Of a stretch of 64,000 nt of DNA, positions 18,966 through 27,684 are shown piece after piece. The stretch comes from an uncultured Enterobacterales bacterium. Its GTDB lineage: Bacteria; Myxococcota_A; UBA796; CAJQPC01. Positions within the stretch are counted from its first letter, which is position 1. Each line of letters opens with the position of its first letter. Where the stretch lies: contig CAZFLE010000008.1 in assembly GCA_964519895.1 (NCBI GenBank), positions 25,767-89,766 on the forward strand, in the 5' to 3' direction. A program made the position numbers and the translations under genes. Under the pieces are notes generated by a model. The model ran no database searches, had not been told where the DNA came from, and saw only the letters and a program-made list of their open reading frames with translations.

Positions 18966-19127
18966 TAGTCGGGTGAGTCTGAAGTTCGCGGGAATTCGCT
19001 TGCCCTCGACGCCGCTGGCGGCGTTCCGGCTCCTGGACGTGACTCGGCCACGACTGCGTCGCCGCGCCTTGCCAGCGACGCCGATTGCGGCGCGACTTCC
19101 GAAGCGAACATCAGGCTCACCCCACTA
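18966..19127. mobile_element. MITE-like 162-bp element, copy 1 (about 22-bp terminal inverted repeats, TA flanks)
   Basis: It aligns without gaps to 50268..50429 with 6 substitutions. Ends: TA-gtcgggtgagtctgaagttcgc ... gcgaacatcaggctcaccccac-TA. It has no coding capacity of its own. Confidence 0.7.
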
Positions 19128-19712
19128 GAAAGTGCCCCGATAGGGGGTCGTGGCGACGGTGCGGAACGTCGGGGTGGTCGCCGGGGTGGTCAGGGACGGG
19201 CGCTCCAGGGTGCCGGCGGTGCTCCAGAGGGGCGTCGGCTGCAGCACCGGCGCCGCTCGCGGTGCCTGGTCGGCTGCGGCCCCGTCGGTCACACGAGAGC
19301 GCTCGAGACTGTGCAACAGGCGGTCCTTGGCGGCGACGGCCTCGGCGGCCTCCAGGTGGCTGACCCAGGCCCAGCAGATCGCCGTGGCCAGGACCGCGGC
19401 GTAGGCGACCATGTGCACAGCCCCCAGTCGGACCTCGGAGGGCCACCACCGCTGCCGGTGAAAGGCCAGCCCCTGGGCGTCGAGCTGGTCGTACCGCGTC
19501 AACACACCTTCGAGCATGTCGGCCATGAACGGCTCTTGCTCGACGTCCTGGGGTCCGGTGCTCGGTCCGGGCTGGGTGGCCTGGAGGAGGCTCGCGTGGG
19601 CCTGGCAGGTGGTGCACTCGGCCAGGTGGTCCTCGACCTTGTGGGACTCGACAGACGTCAGTTCCTGGTCGAGCCAGGCCACGATGCGGGACCGGGTGCG
19701 CCGACAGCCCAT
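19125..19712 (-). CDS. Anti-sigma factor, zf-HC2 type, single-pass membrane
   Basis: Start MGCRRTRSRIVAWLDQEL, with GAGGAG upstream. It has the H-x3-C-x2-C motif HLAECTTC and one TM helix (VHMVAYAAVLATAICWAWV). It lies downstream of the ECF sigma gene. Its stop TAG lies at the repeat-element junction. Confidence 0.7.
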   Translation of the reverse strand: MGCRRTRSRIVAWLDQELTSVESHKVEDHLAECTTCQAHASLLQATQPGPSTGPQDVEQEPFMADMLEGVLTRYDQLDAQGLAFHRQRWWPSEVRLGAVHMVAYAAVLATAICWAWVSHLEAAEAVAAKDRLLHSLERSRVTDGAAADQAPRAAPVLQPTPLWSTAGTLERPSLTTPATTPTFRTVATTPYRGTF

Positions 19713-19807
19713 GGACTCCTCGGAATACGGCAGGCCGAGGCCGATCCTATAGCGGGAATCGGTTGGGATCACTGGAAACCACACGCCTTGGCCATGCCAG
19801 GGGCTCC

Positions 19808-20413
19808 TCAGACGCCTTCAGCCACGAGCGGGTGCTCTGGGCCCAGCACGCCGGCCAGACGAGTGCGGGCTCGTGACAGACGCGACATCACGGTCCCCAG
19901 CTTGACCTGGAGCACGTCGGCGATCTCGTTGTAGGAAAGGTCGTTGTAGTACCGCAGGAGCAGGATCTCCCGGTGTGCGGGCGTCAGGTGCTCCAAGGCG
20001 GCCATCATCTCCCCTCGCACCTCGCCCGCCAGCACATGCTCCGTGGCGCTCCGGGGAGGGAGCTGGGGCGCTGCCTCCTCCTGGCGGGTGTTCAGCAGGC
20101 CGCCCCGGCGCTTCTTGTCGCGCACGATGTTGAAGCACAGGTTCGAGGTCACTCGGAACAGCCACGCCTTCATCTGGAAGTCCGGCGTGAAGAAGCGAGG
20201 CTCCCGCAGGGCCTTGATGAAGACCTCTTGCACGGCGTCGTAGGCCTCTTGGGGATCACGCACGATGCAGAGGGCATGGTAGTAGAGCTTTGAGCGGTAC
20301 TTTCGCACGACAAGCTCAACCGCCAGGCGACGGTTCTCCTGGCTCAGGCGCTTGAGATCCCCGTCTTCCCAGCGAGTGGGGTCGGGGTGTGGCATGACCT
20401 TGACGGTTCCCAT
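19808..20413 (-). CDS. ECF (group 4) sigma-70 family RNA polymerase sigma factor
   Basis: Region 2 is YDAVQEVFIKAL...AWLFRVTSNLCFNIVRDKKRR. Region 4 is EILLLRYYNDLSYNEIADVLQVKLGTVMSRLSRAR. Confidence 0.9.
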   Translation of the reverse strand: MGTVKVMPHPDPTRWEDGDLKRLSQENRRLAVELVVRKYRSKLYYHALCIVRDPQEAYDAVQEVFIKALREPRFFTPDFQMKAWLFRVTSNLCFNIVRDKKRRGGLLNTRQEEAAPQLPPRSATEHVLAGEVRGEMMAALEHLTPAHREILLLRYYNDLSYNEIADVLQVKLGTVMSRLSRARTRLAGVLGPEHPLVAEGV

Positions 20414-20594
20414 CGGGCGCTCCTCGTTCCCGCAGACCCCCTACCCGGACGGACCATTCCCACCCGGCAGGGTTCTGCAACCACACTTACGCGCGGCTCC
20501 GTCTCCCATTCGTCAAGGGATGTCGCCTGTCGGTTCCAAGGGACTGCTCTGGCGGTCGAAACCCCCCTCTCGACAGGGCCTTGCGCTTCTGAAT

Positions 20595-20623
20595 TTGACT
20601 CCTTGGGCCACAGAGACGACAAT
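20595..20623 (+). promoter_or_regulatory. Candidate sigma-70-like promoter for the KH-domain gene
   Basis: TTGACT (20595-20600), a 17-nt spacer, then GACAAT (20618-20623). It lies in a locally AT-richer patch about 65-75 nt upstream of the start codon. Motif match only. Confidence 0.25.
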
Positions 20624-20685
20624 TTCAGTGCAGGATCCTCCCTGCGGCATTCCCAGCACTGGGACGGGGGGTCGGGTCCGCAGCT

Positions 20686-20976
20686 GTGGCACGACAAATG
20701 GCAGATGCAGTCGCGAGCGAAGAACGCCGGGTCCTCGACGTCCGGGAGCTGGTCGAGGAGATCGTCCGCGCCATCGTGGACTACCCGGAACAGGTCCTCT
20801 GCCGAGAGGTGATGGGCACGCACAGCTGCGTGCTCGAGCTCGAGGTGGCCCCCCAGGACGTGGGCAAGGTCATCGGGCGCAAGGGCGTGCATGCAGACGC
20901 CATCCGACGGCTCGTGCACGCCGCCGGCGGCAAGCGCAAGATGCGCTACGTGCTGGAGATCATCGAGGAACGCTGA
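20686..20976 (+). CDS. KH-domain RNA-binding protein (UPF0109/YlqC-like)
   Basis: It contains ELEVAPQDVGKVIGRKGVHADAIRRLV, with the GxxG KH motif. The start may be the GTG at 20686 or the ATG at 20698. Confidence 0.75.
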   Translation: MARQMADAVASEERRVLDVRELVEEIVRAIVDYPEQVLCREVMGTHSCVLELEVAPQDVGKVIGRKGVHADAIRRLVHAAGGKRKMRYVLEIIEER

Positions 20977-20984
20977 TCGGCGCT

Positions 20985-22637
20985 CTACTCGGTGAGCCCC
21001 GGAATGCGCACGCCGCGGTCGTGGGCGACGTGGATGGCCTGGTCGTAGCCTGCGTCAGCGTGTCGGATCACGCCCATCGCCGGGTCCGAGGTCAGCACCC
21101 GCTCGATTCTTCGTGCCGCCTCTGGGGTACCGTCGGCCACGATGACCTGGCCGGCGTGCAGGCTGTAGCCCATGCCCACCCCGCCACCGTGGTGGAACGA
21201 GACCCAGCTGGCGCCGTTGACCGCGTTGATCAGCGCATTGAGGATGGGCCAGTCCGCCACCGCGTCGGAGCCGTCGCGCATGCCTTCGGTCTCGCGGTTG
21301 GGCGACGCCACCGACCCGCAGTCCAGGTGGTCCCGGCCGATCACGATGGGGGCGGACACCTTGCCGGTGCGCACCAGCTCGTTGAACAGCGCACCGGCCT
21401 TGTCCCGCTCGCCGTAGCCCAGCCAGCAGATACGGGCGGGCAGCCCCTGGAAGTGGACCTGTGCTCGCGCTCGCTCGAGCCACGTGTGCAGGGCCCGGTC
21501 CTGGGGGAAGAGCGCCATCAGGGCTTCGTCGGTGGTGTAGATGTCCTGGGGATCGCCGGACAGTGCGACCCACCTGAAGGGGCCCTTGCCCTCGCAGAAC
21601 AGGGGCCGGATGTAGGCCGGCACGAAGCCGGGAAAGTCGAAGGCGTCGGCGCAACCGCCTTCGACGGCGCCGGCCCGCAGGTTGTTGCCGTAGTCGAAGA
21701 CGTGGCTGCCAGCGGCCTGGAGGTCGAGCATCGCGCGGACGTGGGCGGCCATCGTGGCGTGGGCACGGGCCACGTAGGCGTCTGGGTCCGCTTCGCGGAG
21801 AGCCTGGGCCTGGGCCAGGTCGAGGCCGCTGGGCACGTAGCCCTGGAGCGGGTCGTGGGCCGACGTCTGATCGGTCACCAGATCGGGCGCGATGCCCCGA
21901 CTGGCGAGCTCTGCAAAGCCGTCGGCGGCATTGCCCACGACGCCGACAGATCGCGCCAGGCCGCGAGCCTGGTAGTCAGCGACCCGCGCGAGTGCGGTGT
22001 CCAGATCGGGGGCGAGCTCGTCCAGGTACCCGGTCATGAGGCGCTTCTGGATGCGCTCCTCGTCGACGTCGAATCCTAGGAAGACCGCCCCGGCCATCGT
22101 CGCGGCGAGCGGCTGTGCACCGCCCATGCCTCCCAGGCCCGCGGACAGGATGAGGCGCCCGGTCAGATCGCCGCCGAAGTGCTGCTTGCCGGCCGCCACG
22201 AAGGTCTCGTAGGTGCCCTGGAGGATGCCCTGGGTGCCGATGTAGATCCACGACCCGGCGGTCATCTGGCCGTACATCATCAAGCCTGCTCGCTCGAGCT
22301 CCCTGAAGTGCTCCCACGTGGCCCACTTGCCGACCAGGTTCGAGTTCGCGATCAAGACCCGGGGGGCATCGGCGTGGGTCTTCATCACGCCCACCGGCTT
22401 GCCGGACTGGACCAGCAGGGTCTCGTCGTCCTCGAGGGAGGTGAGGCTGCGCAGGATGGCTTCGAGCGCTGGCCAGCTGCGGGCTGCGCGGCCGGTGCCG
22501 CCGTAGACCACCAGATCGTCCGGACGCTCGGCCACGGCCGGGTCCAGGTTGTTCAAGAGCATGCGGTAGGCGGCTTCTTGCACCCAGCCCTTGCAGGTCA
22601 GGCGGGTCCCTGTCGGGGCCTCCAGGCGGCGCGGCAT
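20985..22637 (-). CDS. hutU: Urocanate hydratase
   Basis: 550 aa. [39 protein letters not shown] and the remainder match the urocanase layout. Confidence 0.95.
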   Translation of the reverse strand: MPRRLEAPTGTRLTCKGWVQEAAYRMLLNNLDPAVAERPDDLVVYGGTGRAARSWPALEAILRSLTSLEDDETLLVQSGKPVGVMKTHADAPRVLIANSNLVGKWATWEHFRELERAGLMMYGQMTAGSWIYIGTQGILQGTYETFVAAGKQHFGGDLTGRLILSAGLGGMGGAQPLAATMAGAVFLGFDVDEERIQKRLMTGYLDELAPDLDTALARVADYQARGLARSVGVVGNAADGFAELASRGIAPDLVTDQTSAHDPLQGYVPSGLDLAQAQALREADPDAYVARAHATMAAHVRAMLDLQAAGSHVFDYGNNLRAGAVEGGCADAFDFPGFVPAYIRPLFCEGKGPFRWVALSGDPQDIYTTDEALMALFPQDRALHTWLERARAQVHFQGLPARICWLGYGERDKAGALFNELVRTGKVSAPIVIGRDHLDCGSVASPNRETEGMRDGSDAVADWPILNALINAVNGASWVSFHHGGGVGMGYSLHAGQVIVADGTPEAARRIERVLTSDPAMGVIRHADAGYDQAIHVAHDRGVRIPGLTE

Positions 22638-22653
22638 GTCGGGTGCGGGGCCC

Positions 22654-22830
22654 TCAGGCCTCGGCGGGCTGCGGCGCGGTCATGCGCGTCTCGGTCTCTT
22701 CGCCTTCCTCGGTCTCGTCGGCCAGGGACGCCAGGTGGTTCTGGTAGTCCTTGCGGGTCACCCGACCCTCACTGATGTGGCGCTCGACCACGCGCACGTC
22801 GAAGAGGCTGACGTCGATGGACTTGGGCAT
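22654..22830 (-). CDS. Small 58-aa ORF downstream of rpoZ (below the track cut-off)
   Basis: The ATG has GGAGAT upstream, 8 nt after the rpoZ stop. Sequence: [58 protein letters not shown]. The composition is protein-like, unlike the GC-artefact ORFs. Confidence 0.4.
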   Translation of the reverse strand: MPKSIDVSLFDVRVVERHISEGRVTRKDYQNHLASLADETEEGEETETRMTAPQPAEA

Positions 22831-22838
22831 GGGATCTC

Positions 22839-23162
22839 CTACTGGCCGGCTTCGGGGGGCAACTCGGCGTCTGCCTGGGGGGGGAGCGGGTCGCCTGCCT
22901 CGGGGGGCAGCTCGTCCTCGCTGGCCTTGACCGGCTGCAGCGTGTACTTGAGAAGGTTCTCGTCGAAGTCGGCCAGGTCTGGTGCGACCACGCCGGCGGC
23001 GATCTCGCGCAGGCTGGTGACGATCTCCTTGTTCTCCCGGTCGTCTTCGATGAGCGACGAGGTGCCCTTCAAGAGCTGCTTGGCACGCTCGGCTGCGACC
23101 AGCACGAGTGTGAAGCGGTTTGGGACCTGCTCGAGGCAGTCTTCGACGGTGATGCGGGCCAC
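22839..23162 (-). CDS. rpoZ: DNA-directed RNA polymerase subunit omega
   Basis: MARITVEDCLEQVPNRFTLVLVAAERAKQL is the RpoZ signature. It has a GTG start with GGAGG upstream and an acidic/Pro C-terminal extension. Confidence 0.9.
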   Translation of the reverse strand: MARITVEDCLEQVPNRFTLVLVAAERAKQLLKGTSSLIEDDRENKEIVTSLREIAAGVVAPDLADFDENLLKYTLQPVKASEDELPPEAGDPLPPQADAELPPEAGQ

Positions 23163-23241
23163 GAGGCCTCCCGGGGTAGAGCCGGGCGTCTCTAATGGAC
23201 TGAGGCGGCCTCCGTCAAGGCCCGAGGCGGGGCCGCGGGGC

Positions 23242-23844
23242 TCAGCTCTCCGGCGTCGTGAGCGGGGGCAGGGCGCCGTGCTCCACGAGCAGCCGCTCCG
23301 CGTGGGCGTCCCGTGTCAGGAGCCACCGCTGGGCCAGCGCCGCCAGGTCTTCCAGGTTCCGGCCGCGGTCTCGGCCCCCGATGCTGCGCAGCACCTGCAG
23401 GCAGTCCCGGAAGGCCTGGGCCATTTCGCCGAAGAGCTCGGCCAGGGGCCCCTGCTCGGTCCAGCCGACGCGACACAAGCCCGCCAGTCGGCAATAGGCC
23501 GCCTGGCCCATGTCGGCGTAGTAGTTCACCCCGACGGTCTTCCGGTCCAGGCTGTCGTGGAAGTAGCCTCCGATGTACAGAGCGCGATCTCCGAGCTGCT
23601 TGTACAGACCGATCGCCTGGCCAGGGGGGCTCCCGCTGGCCCGCAGATGGAGCTCCGCCAGGGTCTGCGGCGCGTCCGGCCGGAAGACCCTGTCGCTCTG
23701 CGCCCGCTCGACCAGGAGCTGCTTGAGGTATCGGGTCACGTCCTTGGGCAGCGCCAAGGCCTGGGTCTCTACCGCGTCGTCGACCCGGGCGTCGAACCAG
23801 TCGAAGAGGTTGGCCTGTGTCATGACGGCGTTCTCTGCGCTCAT
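23242..23844 (-). CDS. Hypothetical protein
   Basis: Start MSAENAVMTQ (aa 59 of the track ORF), with GAGAGGAGGA upstream. No family recognised. Confidence 0.5.
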   Translation of the reverse strand: MSAENAVMTQANLFDWFDARVDDAVETQALALPKDVTRYLKQLLVERAQSDRVFRPDAPQTLAELHLRASGSPPGQAIGLYKQLGDRALYIGGYFHDSLDRKTVGVNYYADMGQAAYCRLAGLCRVGWTEQGPLAELFGEMAQAFRDCLQVLRSIGGRDRGRNLEDLAALAQRWLLTRDAHAERLLVEHGALPPLTTPES

Positions 23845-24056
23845 GGGGGGTCCTCCTCTCTCAAAAAGATGCGTGGGTTGCTTGACGGTGTCCAGTAGGG
23901 GTTTATCTGTGGCCGCGCTGAGGGCTGCCTTGGTCCTCGTGCGCCTGCGGCTGCGGGCTCGGGCTATGTCCTGGTGCCAACACTGCGGTGTCCTCGCACT
24001 CTTCCCACCATTCCTCATCGACCCGCGACAACGCCGGGTTTAGGAGAGGTTCCCCG

Positions 24057-26007
<1,951 letters not shown>

Positions 26008-26024
26008 GCCTGACCCGCTGAGGC

Positions 26025-26061
26025 ACGGCCCGCCGGCATCTCCGGCGGGCCGTTCTTGCTT
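26025..26061 (+). terminator. Rho-independent terminator after groEL
   Basis: A perfect 12-bp stem, acggcccgccgg / ccggcgggccgt, with loop catct, followed by tcttgctt. It begins 18 nt after the groEL stop. Confidence 0.75.
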
Positions 26062-26063
26062 CG

Positions 26064-27047
26064 GTGCCGAGCTATCCTCCGGCCGTGGGACCGCTCGGCC
26101 TGGCACTGCTGCAGCTCACCGGGGCCGCCCTGGCCGACGAGGTCGTGGTGCTCCAGCTCGCCGAGGACACCGGGGGACAAGCCAGCGAACAGCGGTTCGT
26201 GGAGGAGCTGGCCCTGGCCCTGGACGAGGTCGCGGTGACGCCTCGGCCAGTGGACAACCCCGGCTTCGCCCGGGCGCCGTTGACCGCCCAGGTGGAGCGG
26301 GTGCGGCCTTGGCTTGGCAGCGGCAAGGCCGATGCCGTGGCTTGGCTCGACCAGCTCGGCGCCGGCCAGCTCGGTCTGGCGGTCGTGTTCGTCACCGATG
26401 ATCGCGCGGTGGTCCGGCTGGTCCAGGCCGAAGTGGGACCCGACGCCGAGGCGGATCTCGCCCTGGCGGCCCGGGAGATCCTGTGGTCCGCACTCGGAGA
26501 CGTCGACCCGGCGGCGGGCACGGCGGCCCCGGTCGCAGCCGAGGAGCCGGTGGCGACGGTCGGTCGGCGACAGGTCCTGGGGGCACGGCTGTCCCTGCAA
26601 GGGGCGCTGAGCCCCGTCGGCGCCGTCGGGCCCACCGCCCGCATGGGGCTGGAAGGGGCGATCGACGTGTTCATCCAGGAGCGCCTGGGCGTGGGGCTCG
26701 CGGTGTCCGGGTGGACCACGCCGCTCACCGAGCTGTCGGGCCTGGAGGTGCGGGCGTCCCAGGTCGGTCCCGCGCTGCGGTTGCAGCTGTGGAGCTGGCC
26801 GGTCGCGCCCTTCGTCCAGGTGGGCGTGCCGGTGGTCTGGGTCCAGATCGACGAGGAGCTGGCGACGCTGGTCAGTCCCCGGGCAAGCGTGGGCCTGAGC
26901 GGGACGTGGGGCTCGCTCATGCTGGAGCTGCGGGGTGGCGTCCTGCTGTTCGAAGACCAGATCATCCACGGTCCTACGGACACCCAGATCTACGGCTCCG
27001 GTCGGTTCGAGGTGGCCCTGGGTGTGGGCTGGCGCGGCCCGGGCTGA
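26064..27047 (+). CDS. Hypothetical secreted protein
   Basis: 327 aa with an N-terminal LGLALLQLTGAALA signal-like segment. The start is uncertain (26064 or the GTG at 26085). No family recognised. Confidence 0.45.
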   Translation: MPSYPPAVGPLGLALLQLTGAALADEVVVLQLAEDTGGQASEQRFVEELALALDEVAVTPRPVDNPGFARAPLTAQVERVRPWLGSGKADAVAWLDQLGAGQLGLAVVFVTDDRAVVRLVQAEVGPDAEADLALAAREILWSALGDVDPAAGTAAPVAAEEPVATVGRRQVLGARLSLQGALSPVGAVGPTARMGLEGAIDVFIQERLGVGLAVSGWTTPLTELSGLEVRASQVGPALRLQLWSWPVAPFVQVGVPVVWVQIDEELATLVSPRASVGLSGTWGSLMLELRGGVLLFEDQIIHGPTDTQIYGSGRFEVALGVGWRGPG

Positions 27048-27049
27048 AC

Positions 27050-27610
27050 TCAGCGGTCCTGCAAGAGCTGCTCGAGCGCTTGCTCTTCGCCGTAGACCGT
27101 CGCCAGACGGCGCAGGACGCCGGCGAGCTCGGATGTCGCCAGGTAGCCCTGCCACTGCTGGGTCCAGGCGGGGTTCTCCACCACCATGGACAAGCGGAAC
27201 CCGCGCCGCAGGGCCTCGCGCAGCCAGCGGTCCCAGGCCTCGGGTTGCGTGTCCTGAGCGGCCATCTCCGCCAGCTTCAGGGGCACGACCCAGCCGCTCG
27301 GGTGGGCATCCGTGCCGGGAAGGGCGCGGGCAAAGGCCTCCTTGGCTGCCGGCCGCTGGCCGACCAGCAAGCGGACTTCGCCCAGGTCGTACCAGGCGAA
27401 GCCCAGCGAGGGGTCGGCCGCGACACTCTCTTCGAGCCGGGAGAGTGACCAGTCCAGCTGGCCCCTGTGGCGGTAGATGAGCCCCTCCTCGTAGATCAGG
27501 CGGGGGTCATCCGTGACCCGCTCCCGGAAGTCGCTCACCAGGGCCAAGGCCTCGTCGTAGCGCCGCTGGTCCAGCAGCAGATCGGCCTGGGCCTCGACGG
27601 CGGACACCAA
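27050..27610 (-). CDS. TPR-like repeat protein (start uncertain)
   Basis: 186 aa from a TTG start. It has TPR-like helices (YDEALALVSDF, GFAWYDLGEVRLLVGQRPAAKEAFARAL). A signal-peptide-like sequence continues in frame upstream without a canonical start. Confidence 0.55.
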   Translation of the reverse strand: MVSAVEAQADLLLDQRRYDEALALVSDFRERVTDDPRLIYEEGLIYRHRGQLDWSLSRLEESVAADPSLGFAWYDLGEVRLLVGQRPAAKEAFARALPGTDAHPSGWVVPLKLAEMAAQDTQPEAWDRWLREALRRGFRLSMVVENPAWTQQWQGYLATSELAGVLRRLATVYGEEQALEQLLQDR

Positions 27611-27684
27611 CGCCGCCCTGTAGTCGGGCGGCGGGAGCTCGGCGTGGGCGACGGCCAGCGCCGCCGCCCAGACGGGGCCCAGGC

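Noticed and set aside
19085-19363. Plus-strand ORFs that initiate inside the two repeat copies (19085..19363 MRRDFRSEHQ... and 50387..50977 MRRDFRRELQ...)
   Set aside because: The shared N-termini exist simply because both ORFs start in the repeat. Downstream they run antisense to real genes with Arg/Pro-rich sequence. There is no evidence that the element encodes a peptide.
20500-20545. An ECF-type autoregulated promoter (GGAAC ... CGT) upstream of the sigma factor gene
   Set aside because: The minus strand reads GGAACC followed about 19 nt later by ACGAA. The spacing and the -10 element do not fit the usual GGAAC-N16/17-CGT pattern well enough.
20985-22637. hutU without adjacent hutH/hutI/hutG, as a sign of an unusual pathway
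   Set aside because: Scattered hut genes are common, and the partners may lie outside the window. This cannot be assessed from this sequence.
23845-24056. A CIRCE (HrcA) operator or a sigma-32 promoter upstream of groES
   Set aside because: I looked for TTAGCACTC-N9-GAGTGCTAA and found only a lone GCACTC with no inverted partner. TTGACG-N16-TATCTG at 23882-23909 is a weak sigma-70-like match (3 of 6 in the -10 element) and is not convincing enough to call.
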